A stretch of DNA of 64,000 nt from assembly GCA_965655095.1 (NCBI GenBank), contig OZ296651.1, positions 112,220,001-112,284,000 of the forward strand. The letters are read 5' to 3'. The translations under genes were made by a program, and so were the position numbers. This document shows, in pieces, positions 51,900-64,000 of the stretch (position 1 is the first letter of the stretch; each line of letters starts with the position of its first letter). A model generated the notes under the pieces. That model was not told where the DNA came from and did not search any database. It saw only the letters and a program-made list of their open reading frames with translations. The stretch comes from Haplodiscus bocki (taxonomy: Eukaryota).

Positions 51900-54800
51900 A
51901 CCAAAAATTGCTGGGAAGATTTTTTGGCAGTACTAGGACGACGATTGTGACGACTGGACAAAGTTCAACCAACATCATCAATACGCACCAAAAACAAGGG
52001 GAAATACTTCAAAAAAAATTCTTTTTCGGACATGACAGTGAAATCAAAAATTTCCCATCTAAAAATCACAAATTACGCCAAAAACGTACGTCTGAGTCTG
52101 AATCCAAGATAAATCAGCCACCATGTAGTGTTCGAAGCATTTTCGGAGTGTTTTGATTGGAAATTGTACGGAGTTAGCATCAACCCAGATTTGAAGTTAC
52201 AGAAGAAAGGCAACACATTCGGCAACAAACAGTTCCTATGAGTCTACCAGCAACATTTTCCTTGAACATATAAAATTTTTTTGATCATTTTAGAGCTTGT
52301 TCTGACCCCAGAAAACTTCGCATTTGGTTGGATTACCTAAGAACAACCGCCCTTTAAGCAGACGCAATTAAGAGGCGACAATGAAAAAATTTGATGCTCC
52401 TGGTGGTTGGTGGCTCCTGGATAATCGGGCTTTGAGAAGAAACGGAGTCAAAACTGTTGTACCGAATTTCAACGAGCCACACCTCAGTTTTTAAAGTCAC
52501 CGGGACAACTTTTTCCATTTTCGGGGTCCCCTGCCAGTCAAAAAACAACTTGAGAGGGTTAGAGGGCAAGGTGAACCGCATCGACTATCTCCAACTATTC
52601 AAAAAATGACATTGGGTCAGATAGATTTATCGGCTAAAAAACACAAAAACCGATCAACTTCACGAGTTTTTCTCGCCGTAACTTCGTCAAAATGCAATCT
52701 AACTTGCAAGCTAAAGCCTACACAACTTCTAGCCTTTTTTTCGACTAACTGTAAACTGTGGTGAGAAACTAATGTTTGAACATGCACTCTGTTTCACTAC
52801 TGAGAAACGCAGAAAGCACAACTTTCTGCCGCCGACGCCTGGTTTTTAGAGTAAACACTACAGTAAACACTTGTAAAGCCCCTCTCAGTCAACTTCAGCT
52901 CAAAAATAATTCATTACAGCAACAGTTCACTCAGAAAGACGCATCAATCGAAAGTTGGCACTTTTGAAAGTTACCAATTTAAGGGAGAAATTCAGAAAAT
53001 TCGATACTTTTTTCGTGAACCAATACAGCTGTTCATTAAAAAGGGGGAGCCAGCTAAATTGCAGACAACAAACTGGCTAATGTGATGAGAAGAATATGAA
53101 TTCCAATGATGAGGGTGTTGTGGGTTTGGCCAAACTTCCCGGCACGCAAACCAATCCTTGAACAGATTTTTTACTGAAGCAAAACATTCAAGAGAGCCCA
53201 GAAACACATCTGCATATCTCGATTTTTCTGAGAGCGCGTTCATGGATACAAACAAAATGATTGGACTCCAGTTTGCAGAAGAGGATGAACATTGCGTCCA
53301 GAGTCCCTTGGAGTACACCTACCACCTTAGTGGATGACGAGTTGATCTGTAAAACTAGTCTTCAGTCGGATATTTTTGCCAATGCGATGCCCCGTACTTG
53401 TAGAAGCAACCTGACTGACGAACGATTGAGTTCAAACCCATTAGTCCTAGAGATGACTTTGATCTCCTTCTTGGTTATCGTGCCAAATCTTGAGACAATC
53501 GCAAGCTTGATGACAACTTGCGTCCCCTGGAGGGACCCAAGAAAAACATAGGAAGCCTGGCAAGCTTCAACGGCAAGGCTGGGACGTGGGAAATAGAAAG
53601 CAGGGTCGTCTATAGAAAATGATATATCTCCACTGCCATTCACACAGCTAATCTTCCAAGAACACTGAAAAACTTAAAGCTGCCAGTAGTCAAGATGTGA
53701 TCCTCCAACGAATCATGGAGCACATACAACACACTTCGAAGATCCTGGAAGCGATTAACACGACTTCTGAAAAGTCTTCTTCAGAAATGAAGAATCAAAG
53801 TCATCAATTCCCTTCGAGAAGAACAAAAACGAAGAGAACTGTCTCCAGTGTCAAGCCGACGCATACAGCAAAGTCCCAAAACCCCAGAGCGCTGATTCAA
53901 GGAAAAGATTGTTGACGTCATCACCTATGCGGACTAATTTTTTTCATCTCGAAGTGTTGGAATTTTCGTTTTGACCCAAACCTTGGTCCCAGCAATGAAA
54001 AGAGGTACCTATACGCATGTCTAACTAACACTGGAAAGAAGCTGCAGCTTAACCAAAGATGTTTCTTAGCGATTGATTTGAAGTGTGGTTGAAGTGAAAT
54101 TGACCAGAGAGTCAAGAATAATAAGCAGAGGTACTCAATTAGAGGTTAGTTTACCTGATGCTGATCACGAACCGAATGCGACACCAATGGGAATTTATAA
54201 TCTTAGCGCGAACGTCACCAAGTTAACCTTTAATGAACTCACAGAAACGTTTATCAGAAAACACCATCCACTTGTGCAGAAAAGTGACCTTAAGTGGAAG
54301 CCAACAGCGCTTCCAGACGAACGAAAACTAGAAATATCATGGTACGGATTAACCTTATGAACATTAGCATCGGTGTCTCTCAGCTACCTGTCAAAGGCCC
54401 GCGCGAAGCGTGGTAATTGATCAAATCTTTCGAGGGTGAAGTAAGCTGATTCACATTGAATTGTGCTCAATCTGAAATGAGAGAGTCTGATCAAATCTTC
54501 TTTCTCCTGTCGCGAAGAGTTGGAAAAGGTGCCGGCTGATTCACGAGACGCACCTCCCTCGCCAACCAAGAACAGAAACCGGGGAGTCTAAAAGGCCCTA
54601 CTATGTTTAAATACAAGTATTAAGAATCAAGAAATGTCCGAAAAAACTATCACAGATCCGTGGCTATGAGATAATTTGGAAACTCTTAGCCGGAATGAAA
54701 AAGAAAGGTCTACACCCTAGCTGCATCGTACGGAGAGGATCACCACCTGGACATCTCTTATTAAGTGCAGGGATTGAAGTCCTCCTCAAGGGTTTGTGAG

Positions 54801-56200
54801 AATCAGAGAACAAGGCCGAGATTGGGCAGTTACAAACCTTTTGCCCTACAACCATAACTTACTAGTGGTGAGAGCTCCCAAACTAGCAGCATCCACATCG
54901 GGAGCAGATGATATCAGCCCACCCTGGATCAACCTCAAACTCCAGATAACGAGGAAAAGGATTCAACCTGACTATTGTCAATGCTGCAATTGCATCCACT
55001 AGAGTGAAGTTGCTTTATACTGCAAATAACCGCGCTGGTGAAACAATGTACCGCAACCTGTCGATACAATACCGTCACCCAAACTAAAACCAAAAACGAA
55101 CACGGGAAATCGAAAATGACAAAACAATGGACCTTTTCTGTAACAAATGCGGAAAAATCGATTAATTTGACTCAACCGGCCGGCACAAAATATCCGATGG
55201 AAATTCCAAAATTGATCCGAGTGATACCAACATCAACCAAACCAAATCAACCGACCGCCGAGTCTCACAACATCATCAATCGATCGTTCCAAATAACTCC
55301 AAATGTCCAGTGAAAAGTTCACTGACTTGTACGAAGTGATTCATCCGAGAAACAAATGAGCCATCATTTCTGTGGAAGTGTACGTAGCATTAAAATCAGC
55401 TGGAACCTCACCAAAACGAAAGGAAACTAGAAAAAAGATTGGATTTGCTTTTATTGAAACAAAAAGCACAAGCTTTGAAAGTCACAGGACCAGTGCAGCT
55501 AAGAGTATTTCTGATCAGTTCTGATTTATTTATCAACACACAAGCCATGGTGGTCATGCAAGGTGATTTCCACAAAATAATTTCGGTAGGAAAAGCAATT
55601 CCTTTGTTGGAACATCCAAATGATCTCGTTGCTGCCCGGAAGCGACCAGATGGACGACCACAATGCAACAATTCAACTGAATTCCCGAACTTGAAGTCAA
55701 TCAGTCAGTTTGCGTGGACCAATTGTCAGGAAATTGTTTGGAATGTAGCATCAAAATTGATACGTTCTACCTGGCAGACACCTGCCTTTCTGTCCCATGC
55801 TGCGTGTTGCTCCAGCTTGCCAATCTAGTAGTAGCCAGTGGCCGGGACATTGGCACTTTTAGAGTACTCTTTGAGTGTTTCATGATTGTCTGACTCATTG
55901 TGCATGACGAGACTTCCGGTGTTGACTATTGCTCTCCCCGATTTTTCTAGGAACAATGTTCTTGAGACAAAGCGTTGAGTTGATTGATTTAAAGTCAAAG
56001 AAGCTGGCCCTGAAAATCCTACATCAAACAAAGAAGCCTGTAACTTCCCATTTAGTGCATACTGGAAGGCCTACAGTTTCAATTACTCACACTATGGAAA
56101 CTAAATTGGAAAGTTTTCAATCGAAAGAGGAGTCAAGGAAAATCAAGATTCATTCAGAATGGTCTCAGACACATTAACGTTTCCTAGTTACCAATGGTGA
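51900..56200 (+). mobile_element. Decayed BEL/Pao retrotransposon
   Basis: Protease-like 'SLLRNAESTT' (52776), 'KPGKL' near 53553, 'TPMGI...KW' (54085-54360), integrase-like 55439-55828. Confidence 0.6.
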
Positions 56201-56899
56201 CCGCATTGTTTATGTTTGATTTGTTTTAGTTAACACTGTTGATCTACAGCAACTGAACAATTCATAATAGAGTTTGATAAGAAACGCCACCCATGAAAGT
56301 CAGTTTCTGGAAAAAGATAATAATTCTGAAGTGGAGAAGTTGACAGCTTGAAATCTTGCCATATACTTCAAACCGAAAGAACGAAAGCGTGATTGGCAGA
56401 TAGCATGAAATGAGCGTAGCGATCAGCCCCTCCCAATCGGGTAATCACGTAGACGTTCGCGGAGAAAAGTTATACCTATGGACATTAGGTTACAGTTATT
56501 GCTTAAAAAACATTTTCTTGAATCATATCTAGCAGAGACTAACTGTTTTTGTATTGCAAGCGGCGAATATTTGAAATTTGGGCTGGGCCGATAACCCTAC
56601 TCGGGAACACTTTTGATGGGTGCTGAAAAGCTTAGTTGTAAAAGTTTTATGATTTTCCACCCGGTGGTTCGGTTTTTTTTACAGCCAATGCTTATAATTT
56701 CATATTTTGAACTTTGTGGAAATTTAGGTTATACATCCGTTTCACTGCCTTCTACAAAAAAGGAACTTATAACATAGCAATCTTCTGATCAATGGAAAAA
56801 GAAGAATTTGCGATATAGCGTTTGTACGCAACAAATTGTAGAGCCTCCTGATTGTCAAAAACAGTGCTGCAAAAACAGGCAGCCAAAATGTAGTGGAAA

Positions 56900-59500
56900 T
56901 CATAAAAGTGCTCGGTAGTTTCCCGCTGCCTAATGATTTGGACGTTTCAAACACCTTTGATCACTTCCTGATTCCTGTTTAGTTAAGGACTAGCCAAGGA
57001 TACGAAATCGTTCGGTTTCTGGACAAGAGCGATGATATAAAGCTGAAAATGTTTAAGAAGACAAAATCCGATGTCAACTTCTATGAAGTTTGGCAATCTC
57101 AAGTTGAAAGACCCTATGAAGTTCCTGACAAGTCAATGGGCTTTTCTCTAACACAGCTTCTCTTTGTTGAAGACTCTACCCTCTCGTTAGTATTCCTGAG
57201 CACTCGGCTCTTGAAAATCAAAAAGTATTTTCCTGGGTGATCCATTGCAAAAAAGGTAATAGCGGCAATGGAACCTATGAAGGTGCAGATCGCTGCTACA
57301 GTTGCTGTACTATGGGGTTTATGCATCAAATTACAAAAACACAAAAAGAAGCAAAGTGATAATTTTCTTGTCTTCCATGGAACGAACAATGTTACGGAAG
57401 TTCAACCAGCAAGCAACAGTTGAAACTATTCCTAATCTGTTGTAGTGGATGAGCAACAAGTCGAACCCTGTAACAATTCAACTGGCAACATTTCTACCTG
57501 TTGATTGTTAACTTCATTCACAAAATTCTATCATCACGCAGTTGAATGAACAATTCCAAGGACAGTTGAGGACTTTAATGTTCCAGACTAAGATTTTAAT
57601 ATCCAAATTTTGCACATATTTCCAAAGTTTATTAATTTAGCAGCTTTTGAATGAAGATGGTTTACATCGTATTTCGGAAGATGTTAAACATATTGTTAAT
57701 AATATTAGAGATCTTATGTCAAGCTTGAGCTGTGATGTAATTATCCAATGCAATTCTAATGCTGTCCGATATCTTTCTTTCTATCAGGGAGTTCCGAAAA
57801 CGTCCAAAAATTAACTGGTAACATGTATCTCTGCAAGCTAAAATCTTATTTGATTCTTTCAGATTCCTCCAAATTATATTCCAAGTCGGAGACGATGTTC
57901 AAGATTTTTGAACGCTGTTTTCCTGAATGAGCTGAGTGTCAAACAGAAGCATCGTAAGTGTCCAAAACAAAATTACAAAATGGCAGAGAAACTATTATGG
58001 GAACTGCCGCTACTTAGCTCAGTAAAAATCTGTATATTGAGCACTGGAGTTTGATTGTCTTGGGGGATAAAAGCAAAAATTTCTGTCGTTTTCTATCTAA
58101 ACAGGAAAGATGTTCTATGCATACTTTGAAAAACTCAAAAACTCATAACTTCTCAAACGTACTTTGATACTTACGAAGAATCTGATGAACGGGCTTTATT
58201 CGAAAGAGATCGAGAAAGTTCATCCGCTGCTATCAATACACCTCAATTGATAACGAACAAATCAACACTTTCTGAAAAAATACTCCTAACCCAAAAGCCA
58301 TGAAAACAGATAGGGAAAAACAAAAAAAAGAAGCGAGCAAACACGAAGAGCAACCTTTTCTTAGGCCCTTCTTTGCATCATTTTGGTTGACGACTTGAGG
58401 AGCTCCTCAGGCAGGTGTTCGTGCCGGTTACTGTTTGTGCCGGGTAATCTAGAGACTGATACCAGTAACTCGCAGAAACTAAAACAACATCACCCAATTT
58501 ATTCCAACTCCCAAAGCTTAAAAAATGGTAGAAACTGCAAATCGTGCTTTTAGGTCTCCAACAAGAGTGAGTGAGTCCTTTTTGTGTTACGTGCTGATGA
58601 GTTGCACTTTCACTGGCAGCAGTGTCGAAGAAACTGGAGTTCTTGCAATTCTACTCTTCATCAAATGTCATGAGAACGAAGCGAGAAGTCGCTTTATCCC
58701 ATGATTTTCGCATTCAAATCTGGTTGATAAAACAGAGAGTCTGAACCTGATTGAGAAATTGTTGAAAGCGTAAAGCAAAATCACGGAGTTGGTAGTCAAG
58801 ATTCTAAGCAAACCTCTTCATGGAATGAGCGGAAAAAAGGAAACATACCGATTATTGGCTTGAATAGCATAGATTCAAATTAGACGAAAACAAACTCGTG
58901 AGGCGAGCCAATCAATTGGTATTGACGAGATTCCGATAAGTAGCAATCGTTGAAAGTGCAATGTAAAAAAATCCGTCCTGCAAACGTAGAATGTGAAAAC
59001 GACAGCTGGTGAAATCAAGTGGTCTGGGAAGTTCGATCCTCGTAAAACAAAACTAAATTTTTAATCGGATCTTTCTATTGTCGTGTAGTGAAGCGAAACT
59101 TGGAGAACTATCGTTGAAGTACTTTTTTGTTCTCCCTGCAATCACAAAAGAGGATAAAAACCAAGAAAGGAGGTACTTAATCAAAAAGCGCCTGCAATTG
59201 AGTTGAAACTGAGAAACCTGGACTGCACAGGAAGGATGACAAGGTGGATCTAAACAGTTATTCAGAATAACAAATAATCCGACAACTAAGACGCCTAACG
59301 GACCTCCAATTGGATGTAAGGAACATTTTTACTTCGTAATGAGGATCAAAACGAACAAAATTGAGCTTTGATAAGGTAGCGCACTTCGAACTCATTTACA
59401 AAAAGGTCAATACATTTGATTGTACATCAATGCGCGGAACGCTGATCAATCATCTTAGTCCAGGATTGATTTTTCCTGATTATGTTAGTACATTTTACTT
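56900..59500 (+). mobile_element. Decayed BEL/Pao 5' part (gag-protease)
   Basis: Gag-like 'FYEVWQSQVE' (57049) and protease entry 'QVFVPVTV' near 58412. Weak. Confidence 0.4.
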
Positions 59501-59554
59501 GATTTTGGTGCATTTTCCAATACTTTCCTCTTATGGAAAATCTTACTGATCATT

Positions 59555-59954
59555 TGTTTATATTATTATTTATTGTGTCGGCGCGGGAATAATCACTTTG
59601 ATATCCATTTCCGACTGACCAGACACGTATATTTTCCGTCGAAAGATGGAAAAGACGCGGTCTGTAAAGGACGAAATGGAGGGAAATGTGTTTATTTCCC
59701 GCCAGAGTCGGCATATTTTCTTTGAAATTATTATGATTAAAGTACTTTTCCCTACTTTGTACCTTTACTTGGCGTGTAAACAATTATGTTTCCCGCCAAG
59801 GAAAAGGTATAAATAGGAGAAACGAAAGTACTAAGGGGAGACCCTTAATATCATTTTGATTATCAGTTGACTGTACGGATTGCGACTAGTTGTTTATTTT
59901 AAAGAATAACATTTTTGTAAAACTCTCAACTTGATTAACAAATACAAACTAATT
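59555..59954 (+). promoter_or_regulatory. Putative 5' LTR with TATA box (TATAAATA 59808-59815)
   Basis: TATA box upstream of gag; no second LTR copy in the window, so the edges are inferred. Confidence 0.5.
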
Positions 59955-59991
59955 CAGTCTTCATAACTGCGTAGCATTTTTCCCTTCAAAA

Positions 59992-61581
59992 ATGGCAACG
60001 TTGAGAAACAAACGAAAGTTGGCAGCCGTTACAAGAGAAACACAAGAGGAAAATCCTGGGAACGGCCAGTCACGAAACACGTCCGTTCCTAGAATTAACG
60101 AGGAATATATCACACAAATTTCTGAGGAGATTGAAGGCAGAATCTCTAAAAAACTGTCCCAGGAGTTCAGCAGGACAGGGTCTCGCATTTTGGGTGCTCT
60201 GTCTAAATTAGACGAGTTTCTTCTGAACCAGCAGATACGGACGCACTACGGAACCGTTCCGGAAACATTCCGGAACACAAACGTGGGAAACCAGGGAACG
60301 AATGAGGACGACTCCCAGAGTGATCCTCATCCTGAAGCAGGCATCTTCTGCGGCCAGACTACACAAAAATCAGGCCCAAAAGAATGTCGTGACATGGTGA
60401 CAGGAGTTACAGAACAAACACGCAACGGTCATTACATGGTGACAGGAGCTACAGAATGCCCTGACATGGTGACAGGAGCTACAGGAGAGATTCGTCAGTG
60501 TCGTGACATGGTAACAGGAGATTCAGAAGAGATTCGCAATGGCCATGACATGGTGACAGCAGTTCAAGAAGAGATTCCCTACTGCTCCTTTGGAATTTCC
60601 TCAGGAAAACAAAAGAAGGCGCGCTCCACAAGTCAGCCACAATTTCACAGTGACAACACCCCTGCGACAATTGAAGCAGACCAGATTTTGTTGGCCCTTC
60701 AGCAATTGCCGAGGAGCAGTATTTCTGCCAATGTCAATAACAACAGTAACAGAATCTCGAAACTGCCTAAATCCCTCACGACAACAATGCCCACCTTCGA
60801 CGGGAAATCAGAGAAGTTTGAACTGTTTGAAGATTTATTCCAAACGAGTCTGAAAATCCACAATCAGCTAACAGACGAAGACAAAATAAACTATTTCCAC
60901 TCTCTCATGCGTGGTGATGCGCTGCAGACGTTCAAAAACATCAGCAGCCCGAACCGAGAGAATCTGACAGAAATTCTGACTGTGTTCCGTAGAAAATACG
61001 TGAAACCTCAGTCAATGGCTACGGCAAAACACAAATTTCAACAATTAGTCTTCAATCCAGCGAACCAGAAGTTAATTGATTTTTTGGACGAACTCCAGAA
61101 ATTGGCAAAAGATGCGTTCGGAGTTGCTGCCCAAGCAATCATTGACCAATTCATATATGCCAAGATGCCTCCACACCTGAAGAAATCAATAAACCAGGCC
61201 CACTTGGAGAACGGCACGTATGGACAGATTGTGACACACCTCGAAAGGGAATTAGAGCTAAACAGTTTGGAATATCCTGATGAAACTCAGATGAACACTG
61301 TGATGCACAAACAGCAAAATGAAGGCAACCCAGATGATGCTGGAAATTTCAACAGCGACACAAACGACTCTAACCCCAAAAACAATGAAAGTGACAGAAA
61401 ATCTAGAACTCTCTACCCTCCCTGTGAGACATGTGACAAAACGAACCACTCTACAGAGAGATGTTATGTTGGAGCCAATGCAGCAAATAGGCCACTTCCC
61501 TGGAAAAACAAACCTCAAGAACAGGACGCACACGACAGTGTAACTGGTTGTGCCTTGGCTGCAGCCCAATCTCTAAACTAG
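59992..61581 (+). CDS. Retrotransposon Gag protein (529 aa)
   Basis: Longest intact ORF; capsid-like 'MPTFDGKSEKFELFEDLF...RGDALQTF'; zinc knuckle CETCDKTNHSTERC (CX2CX4HX4C). Confidence 0.92.
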   Translation: MATLRNKRKLAAVTRETQEENPGNGQSRNTSVPRINEEYITQISEEIEGRISKKLSQEFSRTGSRILGALSKLDEFLLNQQIRTHYGTVPETFRNTNVGNQGTNEDDSQSDPHPEAGIFCGQTTQKSGPKECRDMVTGVTEQTRNGHYMVTGATECPDMVTGATGEIRQCRDMVTGDSEEIRNGHDMVTAVQEEIPYCSFGISSGKQKKARSTSQPQFHSDNTPATIEADQILLALQQLPRSSISANVNNNSNRISKLPKSLTTTMPTFDGKSEKFELFEDLFQTSLKIHNQLTDEDKINYFHSLMRGDALQTFKNISSPNRENLTEILTVFRRKYVKPQSMATAKHKFQQLVFNPANQKLIDFLDELQKLAKDAFGVAAQAIIDQFIYAKMPPHLKKSINQAHLENGTYGQIVTHLERELELNSLEYPDETQMNTVMHKQQNEGNPDDAGNFNSDTNDSNPKNNESDRKSRTLYPPCETCDKTNHSTERCYVGANAANRPLPWKNKPQEQDAHDSVTGCALAAAQSLN

Positions 61582-61977
61582 AAATGTCACATTTTCATTC
61601 CGGAACACTGACCGACAGACCGGAGACCAGCAAAAGAATATTCCACCAATCCCATGTGTTGTATGGCAGCAACCTCTGGAGATATTTGTGGATAATTCAA
61701 GTTAGCTAATATTCAAAATGACTCTACTGCTGAAACTAATGAAAACACGCATACGCCCCAACTTAAACAGAGAAATGATGTAGAGTCACAAACGTCGTCA
61801 ATGAAGGAACCCTCACTTCAACGGATATATGACGGAATGGATACGGACCATGTTTTCAGCTATAAACGGGACACGAATTGGAAGCATCAAAACCCTAATT
61901 CTACCAAGCCCCGCAGCACAGTATATGGTCCACGTCATAACCCGAAGCCAAATTGCAATGACGACTACAGATATTAA
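61582..61977 (+). pseudogene. Residual pol: 5' stub joined to 3' tail
   Basis: No protease, YxDD, RNaseH or DDE motifs; ends 'PRHNPKPNCNDDYRY*', resembling the YxLR-type tail of gypsy integrases. Confidence 0.55.
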
Positions 61978-61987
61978 CTCGTCTGCG

Positions 61988-62101
61988 CTACAAATGTGGT
62001 CCACGTGGTGCGCACGTAGACACTCCTACAAACGTGGTCCACGTGGTGCGCACGTGGACACTCCTACAAACGTGGTCCACGTGGTGCGCACGTGGACACT
62101 C
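61988..62101. repeat. Three tandem copies of a 38-bp hairpin unit
   Basis: CTACAAACGTGGTCCACGTGGTGCGCACGTGGACACTC at 61988, 62026 and 62064 (first copy has two mismatches). Confidence 0.95.
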
Positions 62102-63781
62102 CGACAGTTCTCATGGACCAAATAAGACGTTTTGACTACTAACTTTCAATGGATATTGGTGATTGCAATAATGAATTTCTAATATCATTTTGTGAGGATA
62201 ATCCTTGTCGACTGACTCATTCTCTACTCATTCTCTCTCAGACTGCAATTCGACGATATTGTGTGCAACCAGACCAATACAGGCAATGAATTGACTGAAT
62301 GACAAAAACCTTAGAACAGCCCCAGATAACCCAGTATGTGCGACACCAACGACATTACTGCTTCCACCCAGGAAAAAACACGGAGTGATACGGAACAATT
62401 CCGGAAATTCTACGGAACGTACCACAAAAGTGTCGCAGCTGATCCAGTACTTTATTCAACTCTGCCGACAAAATATACTTCACATACACTACTAATTGCC
62501 CAAATACAAATCCAACGGGAATGCTCACTACTCATTAGCGGATTCAGCAGCTGAGCCTTTTCTACCTCACTGACGGAGCGACAAAACAAACAATCTAATG
62601 CCCAGTGGCATGCACAACAGTGGCAGCAGGATCCGGTGACGAATTAATATAAACGGCAAAAATGAGGTGAAATCTGGAACCATTTAGGAACAATACTAGT
62701 AGATTCCTCATTCGAACATGATTATTGCCATCATCAAAAGCCTGCTCCAATAGCTCCCAACATCGACTACGACTATGGACAACTTCAGAGACGTCAGACT
62801 GAAGCCAGAAACTAGCGATATCAGGCGTCTGACCATCAGTCTCAACTCCAGTCGGTACGTCATCTCTTCCGGACTCTAGGAGCAAATTCGGCATCACCTG
62901 CAAAAACGAGGATATTAAACCACTGCCCCAAAAACAAATCCACAATGTAGATTAGAGAGAATGTTACTCTCAAGAGCAGCCGTGAGAGATCTTTTTCTAG
63001 AAGCCCCTTTCCGGACATCCTCCTCCGAAGTGGGAGCAACAATTCCAAACTCGGATCAAAACCGAGTCAATCCGAAATGTCCCGGAGATATCCGGAAGAA
63101 CCATACAATAGCCTCACGAAGTCATCTTCATGAAGAGGTGCGCACTGATTACTAGCTTATGGAAAATTTGAGTGGCCACCATATTATTCCAACAAACAAA
63201 AAGCTAATGAGGTATGAAGATTTGAAAATTCACATTGCGGAGGTCGAGCGGTGTCAAAACCCACTCAGACAAAGTCTGTCCCTCCAGTCCTTTTCGCGGA
63301 AAACCTCTGAGAAATTGAAACCCTGCAACTCAAACCCGGAATTCGCCAACGCAGGAGCACCACAAACAACATCGACATCCTAACCCTCGATGTGTGTCTC
63401 CCTCCCCGCATCTTCATCAGTTTCACCATGATCTCCAACAACAAGCTGTTCCAGAACTTCACCCCGATTCCCGGACTCTCCTTGCCCGTATCCACAAGAA
63501 ATTTTATTCAGGGGCACATGGAGATTAATAGAAATGGCAAAATGAGTTCTGGCAGAACCTACAACTGACACAGTATCTGCTTGAGACGAAGTGATCTCCT
63601 CATGCAGGATCACATTTTTCTCAGACATTCCATGGAATAGCAACACTTGACTATCAATTGGCGATGGTAAATATGATGGACACGCTGGAAGAATTGTTGA
63701 AATTGGAGAATTGGAACCTGGATAGAAGGACGCTGGAAGGAACCAGACGAATTTGGATGGAGAAGTTCCGAGTGATGAGTG

Positions 63782-64000
63782 GGACGTACGTATCCAGTTG
63801 ACACGTTCTTTTTGGCTCCCGATGAACAGTCTCATGATTATATTTGGGCTAGTATGGTTTCGGTCATTCAGGTGCATCGTGCCAACCCTGTGGACGGAGA
63901 CATTTTATTGTTTCTCACTGGTGAAGAAGAAATCGAAAGTGCTGTCAGAACTCTACGCTCTGTGGCCAAAGAATTCGATCAAGAGACGCCTGGGATTTCT
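63782..64000 (+). CDS. DEAH-box RNA helicase fragment (Prp43/DHX15/DHX33-like), running off the window
   Basis: GRTYPVDTFFLAPDEQSHDYIWASMVSVIQVHRANPVDGDILLFLTGEEEIESAVR: start of RecA2 with motif IV (FLTG.EEIE). Not in the ORF track because it has no start codon. Confidence 0.9.

Larger units (their letters stand above)
59555..63780 (+). mobile_element. Gypsy-like LTR retroelement with intact gag, deleted pol and accessory 3' region; 3' LTR absent
   Basis: Putative LTR/promoter, 529-aa gag with CCHC knuckle, only about 400 bp between the gag stop and the pol-terminal 'RHNPKPNCNDDYRY*'. Confidence 0.8.

Noticed and set aside
61988-62101. CRISPR-like palindromic repeats
   Set aside because: Units are head-to-tail with no unique spacers, there are no cas genes, and the context is eukaryotic.
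63380-63877. 165-aa minus-strand ORF as a gene
   Set aside because: It spans the retroelement/helicase junction antisense to a clear helicase frame; likely a shadow ORF.

Overview
AT-rich eukaryotic (invertebrate animal) repeat-dense region; the gag and C-type lectin style recall acoel flatworm genomes, but that is recollection, not a search result. Contents: (1) at least six heavily decayed BEL/Pao LTR-retrotransposon bodies (about 1-11.4 kb and 47.6-59.5 kb) and a decayed Ty3/Gypsy body (about 27.3-34.4 kb). (2) Two decayed Polinton/Maverick (adintovirus-like) endogenous viral elements. Element 1 (11507-21108) has AGTAGT...ACTACT termini, a 6-bp TSD, packaging ATPase, minor capsid gene and the 3' half of pPolB. 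Element 2 (about 39474-46692) has about 700-bp diverged TIRs, a zinc-finger/pPolB 5' part and a major capsid gene. (3) Two exons of a host C-type lectin. (4) A younger Gypsy-like element with an intact gag, a nearly fully deleted pol and accessory 3' ORFs, fused to a DEAH-helicase coding fragment at the window end. The most unusual structure is Polinton 1. Each 460-bp TIR contains its own 307-bp fold-back with a complete AGTAGT end on both arms, the element sits inside a host palindrome, it carries two opposed iteron-like arrays, and nearly all its ORFs start at TAAATG. Almost all coding sequence is pseudogenised, and boundaries of the old retroelements are approximate.
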